Of a stretch of 64,000 nt of DNA, positions 43,797-56,844 are shown piece after piece. The position numbers and the translations under genes were made by a program. Position 1 is the first letter of the stretch. Every line of letters starts with the position of its first letter. Below the pieces are notes generated by a model. It had not been told where the DNA came from. It searched no databases and was given only the letters and a program-made list of their open reading frames with translations. This DNA comes from Desulfobacterales bacterium. Its GTDB lineage: Bacteria; Desulfobacterota; Desulfobacteria; Desulfobacterales; UBA5616. Location of the stretch: the NCBI GenBank assembly GCA_046483495.1, contig JAWODC010000070.1, positions 1 to 64,000 on the forward strand, read 5' to 3'.

Positions 43797-43934
43797 GTGT
43801 CCATCCGGAAATGAGATAATTCGAATCAGGTAAAGCCGGTCGGGAAATATTTACCGCAGGAAAACTCTAATTGAGGATCAGCCTTTTCCGGCCTATGCAG
43901 AAATGGAACAAATTAGCCGTTTCCGGTCGGGCAC
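43797..43934 (-). repeat. Dispersed MITE-like repeat, copy D
   Basis: Ends GTGTCCATCCGGAAA ... TTTCCGGTCGGGCAC; interior aligns with copy A in reverse orientation. Confidence 0.75.
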
Positions 43935-44084
43935 CGGGTATAAGAGCCTTTTCAATCGGCTCGATAAACAATTATTTCGGCCGGGTTAATACCGTTCTTA
44001 AACCAATTACCGAATACCTGAAAGGAGGATAAACAGATACGACATTAACCCGATATACATTCTTTAATCTTGAAAGGAGGTCAT

Positions 44085-45542
44085 ATGTTCGGAATTTGTT
44101 CTTATGGCGGCTATGTGCCGCGTTATCGCTTGAACCGGGGCATGATCTATGCGGGTATAGGATGGATGAACGCCGCGAACATCGGGCTTGCCAGGGGCGA
44201 GAAGGCGGTTGCCAACTTCGATGAAGACAGCATTACGATGGCCGTAGCAGCCGGAACCGATGCATTGACGGGTATCGATCGCGAAAAAGTGGAGGCGGTG
44301 TATTTTGCATCCACGACAATGCCGTACAAAGAGCGATTGAATGCCGGCATTATTTCCGGAGCGCTGGGATTGGACGAAAGTATTCGATGCGCCGACTTCG
44401 GCGGCGGCCTTAAGTCCGGCACTACAGCCCTGCTATCCGCTCTTGAAAGCGTAGAGGCCAAACGGCTCAACAATGTCTTGGTAACCTCGGCGGATTGCCG
44501 CCTGGGCAAACCTGCTTCCCCTCAAGAGATGATTTTCGGTGATGCGGCAGCATCCTTTCTGGTCGGCAGTGAAAATGTCATCGCCGAGTACAAGGATTCA
44601 TTCTCCACCACCATCGATTTCGTCGATCATTACCGAGGGTCTTTTGCCAAATACGACCGGCAATGGGAAGACAGGTGGATTCGGGACCTTGGTTTTGACC
44701 AATTTGTTCCCGCCGCGGTAAACGGTCTGCTGAAAAAGACGGGTTTGGCCATGTCCGATTTTGCTAAAGTCGTTTATCCCTGCCATTATGACGCTGAACG
44801 AAGAAAACTCAACAAGATCCTGGGAATCACACCGGAACAGGAGCAGAGCCATTTGCAGGCGGAAATCGGTGAATCCGGAACACCCCACTCCCTGGTGATG
44901 CTGGTTTCAGCGCTCGAACTCGCCAAGCCCGGCGACAAGATCATGGTGGTCAGCTATGGAAGCGGCTGCGATGCCGTTTATTTTGAAGTTACCGAAGGAA
45001 TTCTGGGGAAAAAAGATGCGAAAGGCATCGCCGGCAGCCTGGCCAATCGTGCGGATTTGGACAACTACACCAAAATGCTCGTTTGGCGGGATGTCCTGCC
45101 GGCCGATTTTGGTCTGCGAATGGAAGAAGACCAATGGACGCGAATGTCGCTCCTCTTCCGCGCCCGCAAGTTCGTGCTCGGGTTGTGGGGAACCAGGTGC
45201 CTGGAATGCGGCACGCCCCAGCTTCCACCACAGCGGGTTTGTGTCAATCCGGAATGCGGCGCTGTCGGAAAAATGGAGCCGATTCGATTCTCCGACAAAA
45301 CAGGGAAGATCGCCAGCTACACCGGCGATAATCTGGCCGCAACGTATGATCCCCCGTCAATTTACGGGCAGGTCGAATTCGAGGGCGGAGGGAAGTTCAT
45401 GTTTGACTTTACGGACTGCACAATGGATGACTTGGCAACGGATATGGACGTAACCATGAGCTTTCGAAAGAAGTATTATGATCCAAAAAGGGACATTTCC
45501 GGATACTTCTGGAAAGCTGTTCCCGTAAAGGAGGTGAAGTAA
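44085..45542 (+). CDS. HMG-CoA-synthase-like domain (no catalytic Cys) fused to a DUF35 Zn-ribbon/OB-fold domain
   Basis: YVPRYRL, DEDSITMA, GDAAA, SYGSG; GGGLKSGT at the Cys position; CLECG...CVNPEC plus OB fold. Confidence 0.85.
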   Translation: MFGICSYGGYVPRYRLNRGMIYAGIGWMNAANIGLARGEKAVANFDEDSITMAVAAGTDALTGIDREKVEAVYFASTTMPYKERLNAGIISGALGLDESIRCADFGGGLKSGTTALLSALESVEAKRLNNVLVTSADCRLGKPASPQEMIFGDAAASFLVGSENVIAEYKDSFSTTIDFVDHYRGSFAKYDRQWEDRWIRDLGFDQFVPAAVNGLLKKTGLAMSDFAKVVYPCHYDAERRKLNKILGITPEQEQSHLQAEIGESGTPHSLVMLVSALELAKPGDKIMVVSYGSGCDAVYFEVTEGILGKKDAKGIAGSLANRADLDNYTKMLVWRDVLPADFGLRMEEDQWTRMSLLFRARKFVLGLWGTRCLECGTPQLPPQRVCVNPECGAVGKMEPIRFSDKTGKIASYTGDNLAATYDPPSIYGQVEFEGGGKFMFDFTDCTMDDLATDMDVTMSFRKKYYDPKRDISGYFWKAVPVKEVK

Positions 45543-46751
45543 ATGGCTGATGGAATCAAAGATAAAGTGGCAATTTTGGGGATGGGATGCACCCGGTTCG
45601 GTGAAAGATGGGAATCCGGCGCCGAAGATTTGATGGTGGAAGCCTTCACCGAATGCCTGGCGGATGCCGGAATTGAAAAAAAGGAGATCCAGGCAGCGTA
45701 CCTGGGCTCCCATTTCATCGATGTGAATATCGGCCGGGGAGCGACTCCCTTATCGACAACCCTGCACTTGCCGTATATCCCGGTAACCCGTACGGAAAAT
45801 TTCTGTGCCACGGCAACGGAAGCGTTCAGGGCCGCCTGTTACTCTGTTGCTGCGGGCGTTTATGACATCGTTTTGGCACTGGGTGTGGAAAAGCTGAAAG
45901 ACACCGGATACGGTGGCCTTCCCGGCGGTGTGGGCGGCGGTGTGAATGCGTTTATGGTGGGATTCAACGGAACCGCTCCGGGCATGTTCGCCCAGCTCGC
46001 GACCGCGTATGCCCGAAAATGGAAGATCCCGATGGAGAAAATTAAAGACGCTATCGCCCACATTTCCGCTAAAAGTCATGCCAATGGAGCCATCAATCCA
46101 AAGGCGCATTTAAAAAGAGCGGTCACGGAAGAACAGATCAAGGCGGCGCCGATGATCGCCTATCCCCTGGGCTTGTTTGACTGCTGCGGCGTTAGTGACG
46201 GCTCGGCCTGTGCGATCGTCACCACACCGGAAATCGCCAAGAGCATAAAATCCAATCAGGATATCGTCAAGGTCAAAGCGCTGCAAATCGCCCTCAGCTC
46301 CGGTGAAGAGACGACCTTTAACAATTGGGACGGCTCTCATTTCGTGACGACCCGGAAGGCTGCACAAAAGGCGTACGAAGAAGCCGGCATCAAGGAACCG
46401 CGTGAGGAAATCAATATGATGGAGGTCCATGACTGTTTTTCCATTACGGAATTCGTGACCATGGAAGACCTTCATGTATCACCCAAAGGCGGTGCTTATG
46501 AAGATGTCATGGGCGGATTTTATGATTTAAACGGTAAAGTTCCGTGTCAGGTGGACGGCGGGTTGAAATGTTACGGCCACCCCATCGGCGCTTCAGGTCT
46601 CCGGATGATTTATGCGATGTACGAGCAGATCCTGGACAGGGTACCCGAAGAGCGGAAGGTTAAAAATGAGCGACGTATGGGGTTGACCCATAACCTCGGC
46701 GGCTCTCCTGCGCAGAACGTGGCGGCCATCTCCATTATCGGGAAGGATTAG
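45543..46751 (+). CDS. SCP2-type/DUF35-partnered thiolase (acetyl-CoA acetyltransferase family)
   Basis: ENFCAT, EVHDCF, GHPIGASG, HNLGG. Confidence 0.9.
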   Translation: MADGIKDKVAILGMGCTRFGERWESGAEDLMVEAFTECLADAGIEKKEIQAAYLGSHFIDVNIGRGATPLSTTLHLPYIPVTRTENFCATATEAFRAACYSVAAGVYDIVLALGVEKLKDTGYGGLPGGVGGGVNAFMVGFNGTAPGMFAQLATAYARKWKIPMEKIKDAIAHISAKSHANGAINPKAHLKRAVTEEQIKAAPMIAYPLGLFDCCGVSDGSACAIVTTPEIAKSIKSNQDIVKVKALQIALSSGEETTFNNWDGSHFVTTRKAAQKAYEEAGIKEPREEINMMEVHDCFSITEFVTMEDLHVSPKGGAYEDVMGGFYDLNGKVPCQVDGGLKCYGHPIGASGLRMIYAMYEQILDRVPEERKVKNERRMGLTHNLGGSPAQNVAAISIIGKD

Positions 46752-46815
46752 CAGTTCGTAACGACGGCTTTTCCAGCTTTGGAAATGAGAAGTTGAAGGT
46801 AGTGGGGACATCCCC

Positions 46816-46876
46816 AAGGGCAAGGCTTCCCATATCGCACATGATATGCTTTCGTGCGAAGCCTTGCCCTTTTTTT
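46816..46876 (+). terminator. Rho-independent terminator
   Basis: AAGGGCAAGGCTTC...GAAGCCTTGCCCTTTTTTT. Confidence 0.65.
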
Positions 46877-46902
46877 GATTAAATCCGAAGGAGAAACGCC
46901 AA

Positions 46903-47658
46903 GTGGACAACTCGAAAAATAATAACCTTATCGAATCTGTTGACAACGCCTTTTTGATTCGACTGGTAATGGATGCATTTCGAAGAATCATCATGCATTA
47001 CGGGATGTGGTTTGCCCAGGCCGAACACCAGTTCGGCTTTAAAGATGCCGTGTCCATGGAGAGCCGGGTTTGGGACCAAACAACGCGCAATCAGCTCGGG
47101 AGATTGGGAAAGTCCTTGGGCATATCGGTTTCGGACGGTGTGCCGGATGTTTTATCCGGTTTTTCTCGAACACAGCTTCTCGAATTGATGCAGACGATCA
47201 GCATCAATTGGCTCGCGAATGACGGCATATGGTTTCAGGCCGTCGAAAAAAAATTGGGAATGAATGATGCCAAACGCTGCAACGACACCTGCTGGACCCG
47301 GTACTCGCCCTATGAAGCCCACAGGGTTAAGCATTTGTTGAACCTTCCGGAAAAAGGGGGCATTCAGGCCTTGGAAAAGGCGCTTTCGTTGCGGATGTAT
47401 GCCTTCATCAATCAGCAAACCCTGAACATCGTGGATGAAAACACGTTGATTTTCCAAATGAATGACTGCCGTGTGCAGGCCGCCAGAAAACGAAAGGGAT
47501 TGGAAGACTATCCCTGCAAATCGGTAGGATTGGTGGAATATCCCTATTTTGCAAAAACGATCGACCCGCGCATCCATACCGAATGTATCGGTTGCCCGCC
47601 GGACAAGCATCCGGAGGATTGGTACTGTTCATGGAAATTTACGCTGATACCCGACTAG
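46903..47658 (+). CDS. Cys-rich cytoplasmic protein (DUF6125-like, internally duplicated)
   Basis: Repeated G.WF..VE..FG motif; CRVQ.AR...PCK and C..CPPD...C.W.F. Confidence 0.65.
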   Translation: MDNSKNNNLIESVDNAFLIRLVMDAFRRIIMHYGMWFAQAEHQFGFKDAVSMESRVWDQTTRNQLGRLGKSLGISVSDGVPDVLSGFSRTQLLELMQTISINWLANDGIWFQAVEKKLGMNDAKRCNDTCWTRYSPYEAHRVKHLLNLPEKGGIQALEKALSLRMYAFINQQTLNIVDENTLIFQMNDCRVQAARKRKGLEDYPCKSVGLVEYPYFAKTIDPRIHTECIGCPPDKHPEDWYCSWKFTLIPD

Positions 47659-48374
47659 CTCGGATTTGAAGGCGTTATGACACAAACGGGCTTGCCATTG
47701 CGGTAATGAACCCTGACTCCCATTGAAGACAACGTGTCTGTCATGGGTCTGCCGAAAAGAAAATTCAGCTTCTCTGAATCGATTCGGTCATTCTGCCGAA
47801 TCAAGACGCGGATTTCCATGTCATAACGGATGGCATAGGCTGCTTTTTTTTCAAGTATTGCGTCTTTTTCCCCTGTTTTCATGGCGGTGTTTACAAATAT
47901 CAGCACATCATCATAAGAACAGCGGTTTTGATGGTCGTTTACGAGATCCCACCATTCCGGAGACATGCCGATAAGGTCAAAGCGGCTCAATCGATTCCGG
48001 TTATAGATGGTTAGAATGTCTCTGGTGTCCCAGCATTTCAGCATTCGGCACTCCAGCGGACGATTCCGGTAAATGCCGCAGGCGCGGTTCGCATCATCGT
48101 AAAAGATGCATGCGCTGTCGTTTTGCCGGCTTTTAATTTTGATAATATCGGAAGTTGCCGGTGCCGTTTCTCCCCGTATGTTGTCATAGGCCGGCTCGCC
48201 ATTTCGAATAGTCATCAAGTCCCGCAGGTGAAGATCACCGCGTTCAATCAACGGTTTGTCTTCAAGATGCATTGCAGGGCCTCCTTTTCGGCAGCACGTG
48301 CCGCATCGCGTACATGATTGCCTCGGCCTCTTTTCGAAGACACGACCGGTTATGGGGTCGAAGACGGGACGCAT
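47655..48374 (-). CDS. YkgJ-family Cys-cluster protein
   Basis: CTRCGTCC, CIFY...CGIY..RPLECR. Confidence 0.82.
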   Translation of the reverse strand: MRPVFDPITGRVFEKRPRQSCTRCGTCCRKGGPAMHLEDKPLIERGDLHLRDLMTIRNGEPAYDNIRGETAPATSDIIKIKSRQNDSACIFYDDANRACGIYRNRPLECRMLKCWDTRDILTIYNRNRLSRFDLIGMSPEWWDLVNDHQNRCSYDDVLIFVNTAMKTGEKDAILEKKAAYAIRYDMEIRVLIRQNDRIDSEKLNFLFGRPMTDTLSSMGVRVHYRNGKPVCVITPSNPS

Positions 48375-48479
48375 GACTGCTGAATATAAAATTTTTCCAA
48401 ATAGGGCAAGCTATAGTTCGTGCCCCTCCAGAAATGGCTGAGTTGCTCGGTTTTAAGATCGTTTAGACCGTTTCGTGCG

Positions 48480-48884
48480 TTAGAAGGCTCGACAAGTGTG
48501 CAGCACTCGGCATAGTTCTTTTTGATAGATCGGTTTCGGCAGGTAATCATCCATTCCCCGTTTCAAGCAGTTTTCCCGAACGGTCTTATCCGCTTTGTCT
48601 GAAAAACCGATGATTGGTATCTGTTTTCCGGCTTTTCTGGCGATTTCGTCGGCAATCTTGGGAATAGGCGGCCATTCGTGCCCTTCCATATCGATGTTCA
48701 TCAGGATGATATCGACGTTTCGGGTCTGAAGAAAATTCCCGGCCTCTAAACGATTATGCGCCGTTATAGTCGTATACCCAAAATACGATAGCATCTTCTG
48801 AACTATTTTTGTATTAATGGGGTCTTCCTCCAACAACAAGACGATGTTTTTATGCGATACTTGCGGCATTGGATATGCTTTCAT
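48480..48884 (-). CDS. Single-domain response regulator receiver (atypical)
   Basis: LLLEED, DIILMN, IPIIGFS, GMDDYLPKP. Confidence 0.8.
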   Translation of the reverse strand: MKAYPMPQVSHKNIVLLLEEDPINTKIVQKMLSYFGYTTITAHNRLEAGNFLQTRNVDIILMNIDMEGHEWPPIPKIADEIARKAGKQIPIIGFSDKADKTVRENCLKRGMDDYLPKPIYQKELCRVLHTCRAF

Positions 48885-49232
48885 ATTTATTAAATGTAGT
48901 TTTCGATGCAATCTCAGCTATCCGGAATCGCCTTTAGACGTGCACCTTGCGGCTGCAAGAAAAAGACCATCCGAAAAGTTTGCTTTTTTCCCGGTTGAAT
49001 TATGGGACGCAAAAAGACAAGACCCTTTCCGGGATAGAACAGCAATGAATTTTTCCCAATAGCATAAAAATTTGCTTTTGTAAGTCGGGCCGAACTGGAA
49101 AAAAATGTGGGGAAAGCTTGATTTGAATGCATGGCGGGCGAGACGAGCGGGACGGGAGCGACGGGATGGGGGCTTGCATTGGATTGAGGAGATGCGGAAG
49201 GCCTTTAAATTTACTTAAAGCGGGTCGGGATG

Positions 49233-49268
49233 AAAAAGAAGAGGGGCCGCTTAGCAGCGGCCCCTCTT
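49233..49268 (-). terminator. Terminator of the PFOR gene
   Basis: AAGAGGGGCCGC...GCGGCCCCTCTT 12-bp stem with T-tract on the minus strand. Confidence 0.75.
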
Positions 49269-49272
49269 TAGA

Positions 49273-52830
<3,558 letters not shown>

Positions 52831-52868
52831 TTATCGTATCCCGATAGAGGCCTCTTCGAGCGTTTTCG

Positions 52869-54476
52869 CTAAAAAGGATCCTGAAAAAAATCGTTTCCCT
52901 TGTCGTCCATCAGGATGAATGCGGGGAAGTCCTTAACCGTAATTTCATGCACGGCCTCCATCCCCAATTCCGGATATTCCAACACGTTGACATCGGTGAT
53001 GCATTCTTTCCCAAGACGTGCGGCAGGGCCGCCGATCGAGCCCAGGTAGAATCCACCATACGTTTTGCACGAATCCCTTACGATATCGGTGCGGTTTCCC
53101 TTGGCCAGCATGACCATGGAGCCGCCGAGTTTTTGAAATAAGGGGACATAGGGGTCCATGCGTGCCGCGGTTGTAGGTCCGAAGGACCCTGACGGAAATC
53201 CTTCCGGGATTTTGGCCGGTCCGGCATAATAGATGATGTGATCTTTCATATATTGGGGAAGCCCTTCTCCCCTGTCCACCCGCTCTTTTATCCTGGCATG
53301 GGCGATATCCCGGGCAACGATAATTTTTCCGGAAAGCTTCAATCGTGTAGCAACGGGATATTGCCTTAGTATGGAGCGAATGGTTTCCATGGATTGATTC
53401 AAGTCGATTTTTACCGCATCCTCCTCATTTGTGGAGGGCATGGGCAGAAATCGGGCCGGATCCATTTCCAGCTGTTCCAGGTAAACGCCCTCCCTGCTTA
53501 TTTTTCCAAGTGCATTTCTGTCCGCATTGCAGCTGATGCCGAGTCCGATCGGGCAGGATGCGCCGTGCCGGGGAAGACGAATGACCCTGGTATCCAGACA
53601 AAAATACTTTCCGCCGAATTGTGCACCCAGTTTGAGCTCTTTAGACGCCTCGAGCAGTTTCTCTTCCAGGTTTTTGTCTCTGAATGCCCGGCCATGAGGA
53701 TTGCCGCACGTGGGCAGGTGATCCAAATACCCGGCTGTCGCCAGTTTCACCGTCTTCAAATTCATTTCCGCGGAAGTGCCGCCGACCACAAAGGCGAGAT
53801 GGTAGGGCGGGCAGGCCGCCGTTCCAATCGTCTTCATTTTCGAGGCCATAAAGGCGGGCAATTTTTCCGGATTCAAAACCGCCTTTGTCTCCTGGAATAG
53901 AAATACTTTATTTGCCGATCCGCCGCCTTTTGCGATAAAGAGGAATGAGTATAAACCGCCTTCAACTGCATATAGATCGATCTGCGCAGGCAAATTACAC
54001 CCGGTATTCACTTCCTCGTACATCGAAATGGGGGCGTTTTGGGAGTATCTGAGGTTGTTTTGCGTATAGGCATCGAAAACCCCCCTGGCCAGGGCTTCGC
54101 TGTCCGATCTGGTTGTCCACACCTGCTGGCCTTTTTTGCCCATGATAATGGCGGTCCCGGTATCCTGACACAGAGGAAAAAGGCCGTCTGCTGCAATCAC
54201 GGCGTTTTTGATGAGCTCCAGGGCCACATACCGGTCGTTGTCGGTAGTGGTCGGATCATCGATAACGGCTCGCACCTGTTGAAGATGCCGGGTTCTCAAC
54301 AGGTGCGACACATCTTTGAATGCGGTACGGGCAAGCAGCGTCAGCGCCTCCGGTTCGATCAGCAGCATCTCCTTTCCTTCAAAGGTTTTAGTGCTCACGA
54401 AGTCCTTGGATATCAGCCGGTAGTCGGTACTGTCTTCTCCTGAAGGAAATAATTCTTCAAACTGAAATTCAACCAT
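52869..54476 (-). CDS. Class I Fe-S fumarate hydratase
   Basis: [38 protein letters not shown]. Confidence 0.95.
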   Translation of the reverse strand: MVEFQFEELFPSGEDSTDYRLISKDFVSTKTFEGKEMLLIEPEALTLLARTAFKDVSHLLRTRHLQQVRAVIDDPTTTDNDRYVALELIKNAVIAADGLFPLCQDTGTAIIMGKKGQQVWTTRSDSEALARGVFDAYTQNNLRYSQNAPISMYEEVNTGCNLPAQIDLYAVEGGLYSFLFIAKGGGSANKVFLFQETKAVLNPEKLPAFMASKMKTIGTAACPPYHLAFVVGGTSAEMNLKTVKLATAGYLDHLPTCGNPHGRAFRDKNLEEKLLEASKELKLGAQFGGKYFCLDTRVIRLPRHGASCPIGLGISCNADRNALGKISREGVYLEQLEMDPARFLPMPSTNEEDAVKIDLNQSMETIRSILRQYPVATRLKLSGKIIVARDIAHARIKERVDRGEGLPQYMKDHIIYYAGPAKIPEGFPSGSFGPTTAARMDPYVPLFQKLGGSMVMLAKGNRTDIVRDSCKTYGGFYLGSIGGPAARLGKECITDVNVLEYPELGMEAVHEITVKDFPAFILMDDKGNDFFQDPF

Positions 54477-54621
54477 TATCAATCCTCTCTATTCGCTTAT
54501 CGGCCCGTTCGGTATAACAGGGTGTACTCATCACAATCTGAAATACCGGCCCTTCAATGATCGAAGACTCCTGTTTTCTCCTTTAAAAACAAAAAGAGGA
54601 CACTCTAATAGTAAGTATTAC

Positions 54622-55428
54622 TTATGTCAAGCGGTTTATGATTTTCGACATCAACATTTCTTTGATTTCGATGTCTTTTCGAATTCCAAGGCGGGTTAGT
54701 GAAAAATCATACTTGATCGGATCGTCGGGAGAGACCTGCTTGAAACAAGCGGTAATATCGAGAGCGGTCTTCAAATTGGCGCATTTACTGTATGTGAAGC
54801 CCATCTTTCGACAGACGGCATGCATGTGAACATCCAAAGGGACGATGAGTTTGGATGGTGAAACGCCCACCCATCCCCCTGGATCTACAGCATCCTGCCT
54901 GACCATCCATCTCAAAAACAGATGCAATCGTTTTCCTGCACTTCCCCGCTCAGGCAACGGAACAAGGTGGACCGGATTTTTGCAGGCGCCTGCCAGCAGT
55001 TCTTTGGCCATTTGATTCAGCGCGTTGAACACCGTTTCGTCGTTTGGATCATAATGAGACAGAAAACAGTTGTTCATGGACCCATGAGAGAATACGATTT
55101 GCCGTAGACCGGAAAGAAGGCCGGCCAAGTGCTCGGTTTTGGCAAAGCGATGAACAAATCCTGTAAATGTCGACAATAGGTTCTTCATGTCGGATTTAAG
55201 CAGGAATTCTCGAGGGGAAGGCCCCATTCTGCTCAGAACCCATGATACGCTTTTATTGATTTGCACCACCCGTCCATAGGCAAGTGAAGCGGCGATCATG
55301 CCGGCGATTTCCCGGTCGCCTGTATTTTCATAGGCGTAGAGAAACTGCAGGGGATCGGGATCGACATACCGCCTTCGATTGAACCGATGATATATATCGT
55401 CCAACACATATTTTAGGCCGAATTCCAT
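54622..55428 (-). CDS. TIGR02757-family protein (HhH-GPD-like, possible DNA repair role)
   Basis: DPLQF, DREI, LAYG, KRLHLFLRWMVR, PLDVH, DPIKYDFSL. Confidence 0.8.
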   Translation of the reverse strand: MEFGLKYVLDDIYHRFNRRRYVDPDPLQFLYAYENTGDREIAGMIAASLAYGRVVQINKSVSWVLSRMGPSPREFLLKSDMKNLLSTFTGFVHRFAKTEHLAGLLSGLRQIVFSHGSMNNCFLSHYDPNDETVFNALNQMAKELLAGACKNPVHLVPLPERGSAGKRLHLFLRWMVRQDAVDPGGWVGVSPSKLIVPLDVHMHAVCRKMGFTYSKCANLKTALDITACFKQVSPDDPIKYDFSLTRLGIRKDIEIKEMLMSKIINRLT

Positions 55429-55477
55429 AGGCCCAGCAATAGACGAGTTAAGCCGTTTTTTCAATAGCTGTTCATCG

Positions 55478-55660
55478 TCAGTTCTCGGAATCACCACAAT
55501 TGTCATGAAAAAACCGAACCGCCTCTTCCACGGAATCGAACAGGATCCATTCGCGGTTAATGGTTTTTCCGTAGGATCTGCGGGTAAACTCGATGGCCGT
55601 ACTTCCATGGTATTCAAAGTGGTCAACCACCTCCTCGCGGTAGCTTTCTTTTCGGGTCAT
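55478..55660 (-). CDS. 60-aa hypothetical protein
   Basis: GGAGGT RBS shortly before ATG 55660; co-oriented with neighbours. Confidence 0.6.
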   Translation of the reverse strand: MTRKESYREEVVDHFEYHGSTAIEFTRRSYGKTINREWILFDSVEEAVRFFHDNCGDSEN

Positions 55661-55770
55661 GTTTACCTCCACCATTTCGGTTGTGGTCCGGGGTGAACCC
55701 CGAGCTTTTTAGAAGCAGTCCCCATTGGGTGGCCGCTGGGGGGCCGGAAAAAGCCGGTTATGGATGGGCG

Positions 55771-55935
55771 CTATGCCAATTCATCGATAGCGAGCGGTTT
55801 CCTGCACAGCGGACAAACACGAAGCATGTCGGAATGTGTCTGGTCGGTGGACCTGAAAACGACTTTCGGATTGTTGTTCGGAAAGAGGTACTCGACCCAG
55901 ATCATGTGACCACAGGAGCAGAATCGTTGTTGCAT
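55771..55935 (-). CDS. 54-aa Cys4 zinc-ribbon-like protein MQQRFCSCGH...VCPLCRKPLAIDELA (not in ORF track)
   Basis: AAAGGAG RBS; CxC and CxxC motifs; translated by hand. Confidence 0.7.
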   Translation of the reverse strand: MQQRFCSCGHMIWVEYLFPNNNPKVVFRSTDQTHSDMLRVCPLCRKPLAIDELA

Positions 55936-56085
55936 TAGCTTCTCCTTTCGTTGATAAAAACCAAAAATGTATATTTATATAAACACCCAGAGCAAAAAAA
56001 ACATCCGCGTTTTCTTTCGAAAGCCATTAGACGATATTGAAAATATAACGAAAAGAAAAATCGATCAGCCGATTCGAGACCGTAA

Positions 56086-56736
56086 TCAATTGAATTCCCT
56101 TCCCACCCAGATCACCTTACCGATAATCCTCACATTTAAAATGTCGCTTTGAGATAAGTACAGCGGCGCGTGATCTTTGTTGTCCGATATGAGAACCAGC
56201 TTGCCGGGATGTTTCTCGAGCCGTTTTACCATAATGGTGTCGTCGATTCCAACGGCATAAATCGCCCCCGCCAAAACGTCCTTTTGCGATTCATCGATGA
56301 GGACGGTATCACCATCTTTTAATTCCGGTTCCATGCTGTTTCCGAAAATATCCATCATGACCATGCGGTCCGAATTCCCTTTGGCGCTGAGCCAGTCTTT
56401 TCGAAAGGCATAATAACCCTCGATTTCAGAACCGACTTCAAAAGAGCCGCTTCCCGCGCTGAGACGTGCTTTCACTTTGGGTATGTCGACATAATTGCTT
56501 TTATCTGCTCGTGAGGGCTGAACGAATGTCGGGCCTTTTCCGGTTTCCACCCAATCGGGATTCAGTCCATAGCGGCGAAATAGGCGCAGGATCCATTTCT
56601 CGGGAAACGCATTTTTATTTCGTGCCTGTGTTATGGCGGATCGATTCACACCCAAAGCTGCGGCAAGATCGGATTGGGACGAAATGCCGCACCCCTGATA
56701 AATACGTTTTAAGATATTTTCGAAATAATCGGTCAT
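56086..56736 (-). CDS. LexA/phage CI-like repressor (HTH plus S24 autopeptidase)
   Basis: SQSDLAAALGVNRSAIT HTH, SAG cleavage site, GNSMEP Ser, VKRL Lys, IIGKV. Confidence 0.9.
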   Translation of the reverse strand: MTDYFENILKRIYQGCGISSQSDLAAALGVNRSAITQARNKNAFPEKWILRLFRRYGLNPDWVETGKGPTFVQPSRADKSNYVDIPKVKARLSAGSGSFEVGSEIEGYYAFRKDWLSAKGNSDRMVMMDIFGNSMEPELKDGDTVLIDESQKDVLAGAIYAVGIDDTIMVKRLEKHPGKLVLISDNKDHAPLYLSQSDILNVRIIGKVIWVGREFN

Positions 56737-56844
56737 GGTTAGGAATACCCCATAGCGGCCTTTGCCCATTTACATAAAGATAAACACAAAAATTAATAAT
56801 ATGCAACAACTTTTTTTAATAATCCGGAAATAATGCTGAAACGG

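Noticed and set aside
48960..49030. GGGACGCAAA suggesting a c-di-GMP-I riboswitch
   Set aside because: The GAAA-capped stem and second hairpin are not formed, and it is on the strand opposite to the neighbouring gene
55429..55626. N-terminal extension of the TIGR02757 ORF given in the track
   Set aside because: It overlaps the better-supported 60-aa ORF with a strong RBS; family similarity starts near Met 55428
56086..56736. Prophage suggested by the CI-like repressor
   Set aside because: No integrase, structural or replication genes and no divergent cro; flanks are housekeeping genes
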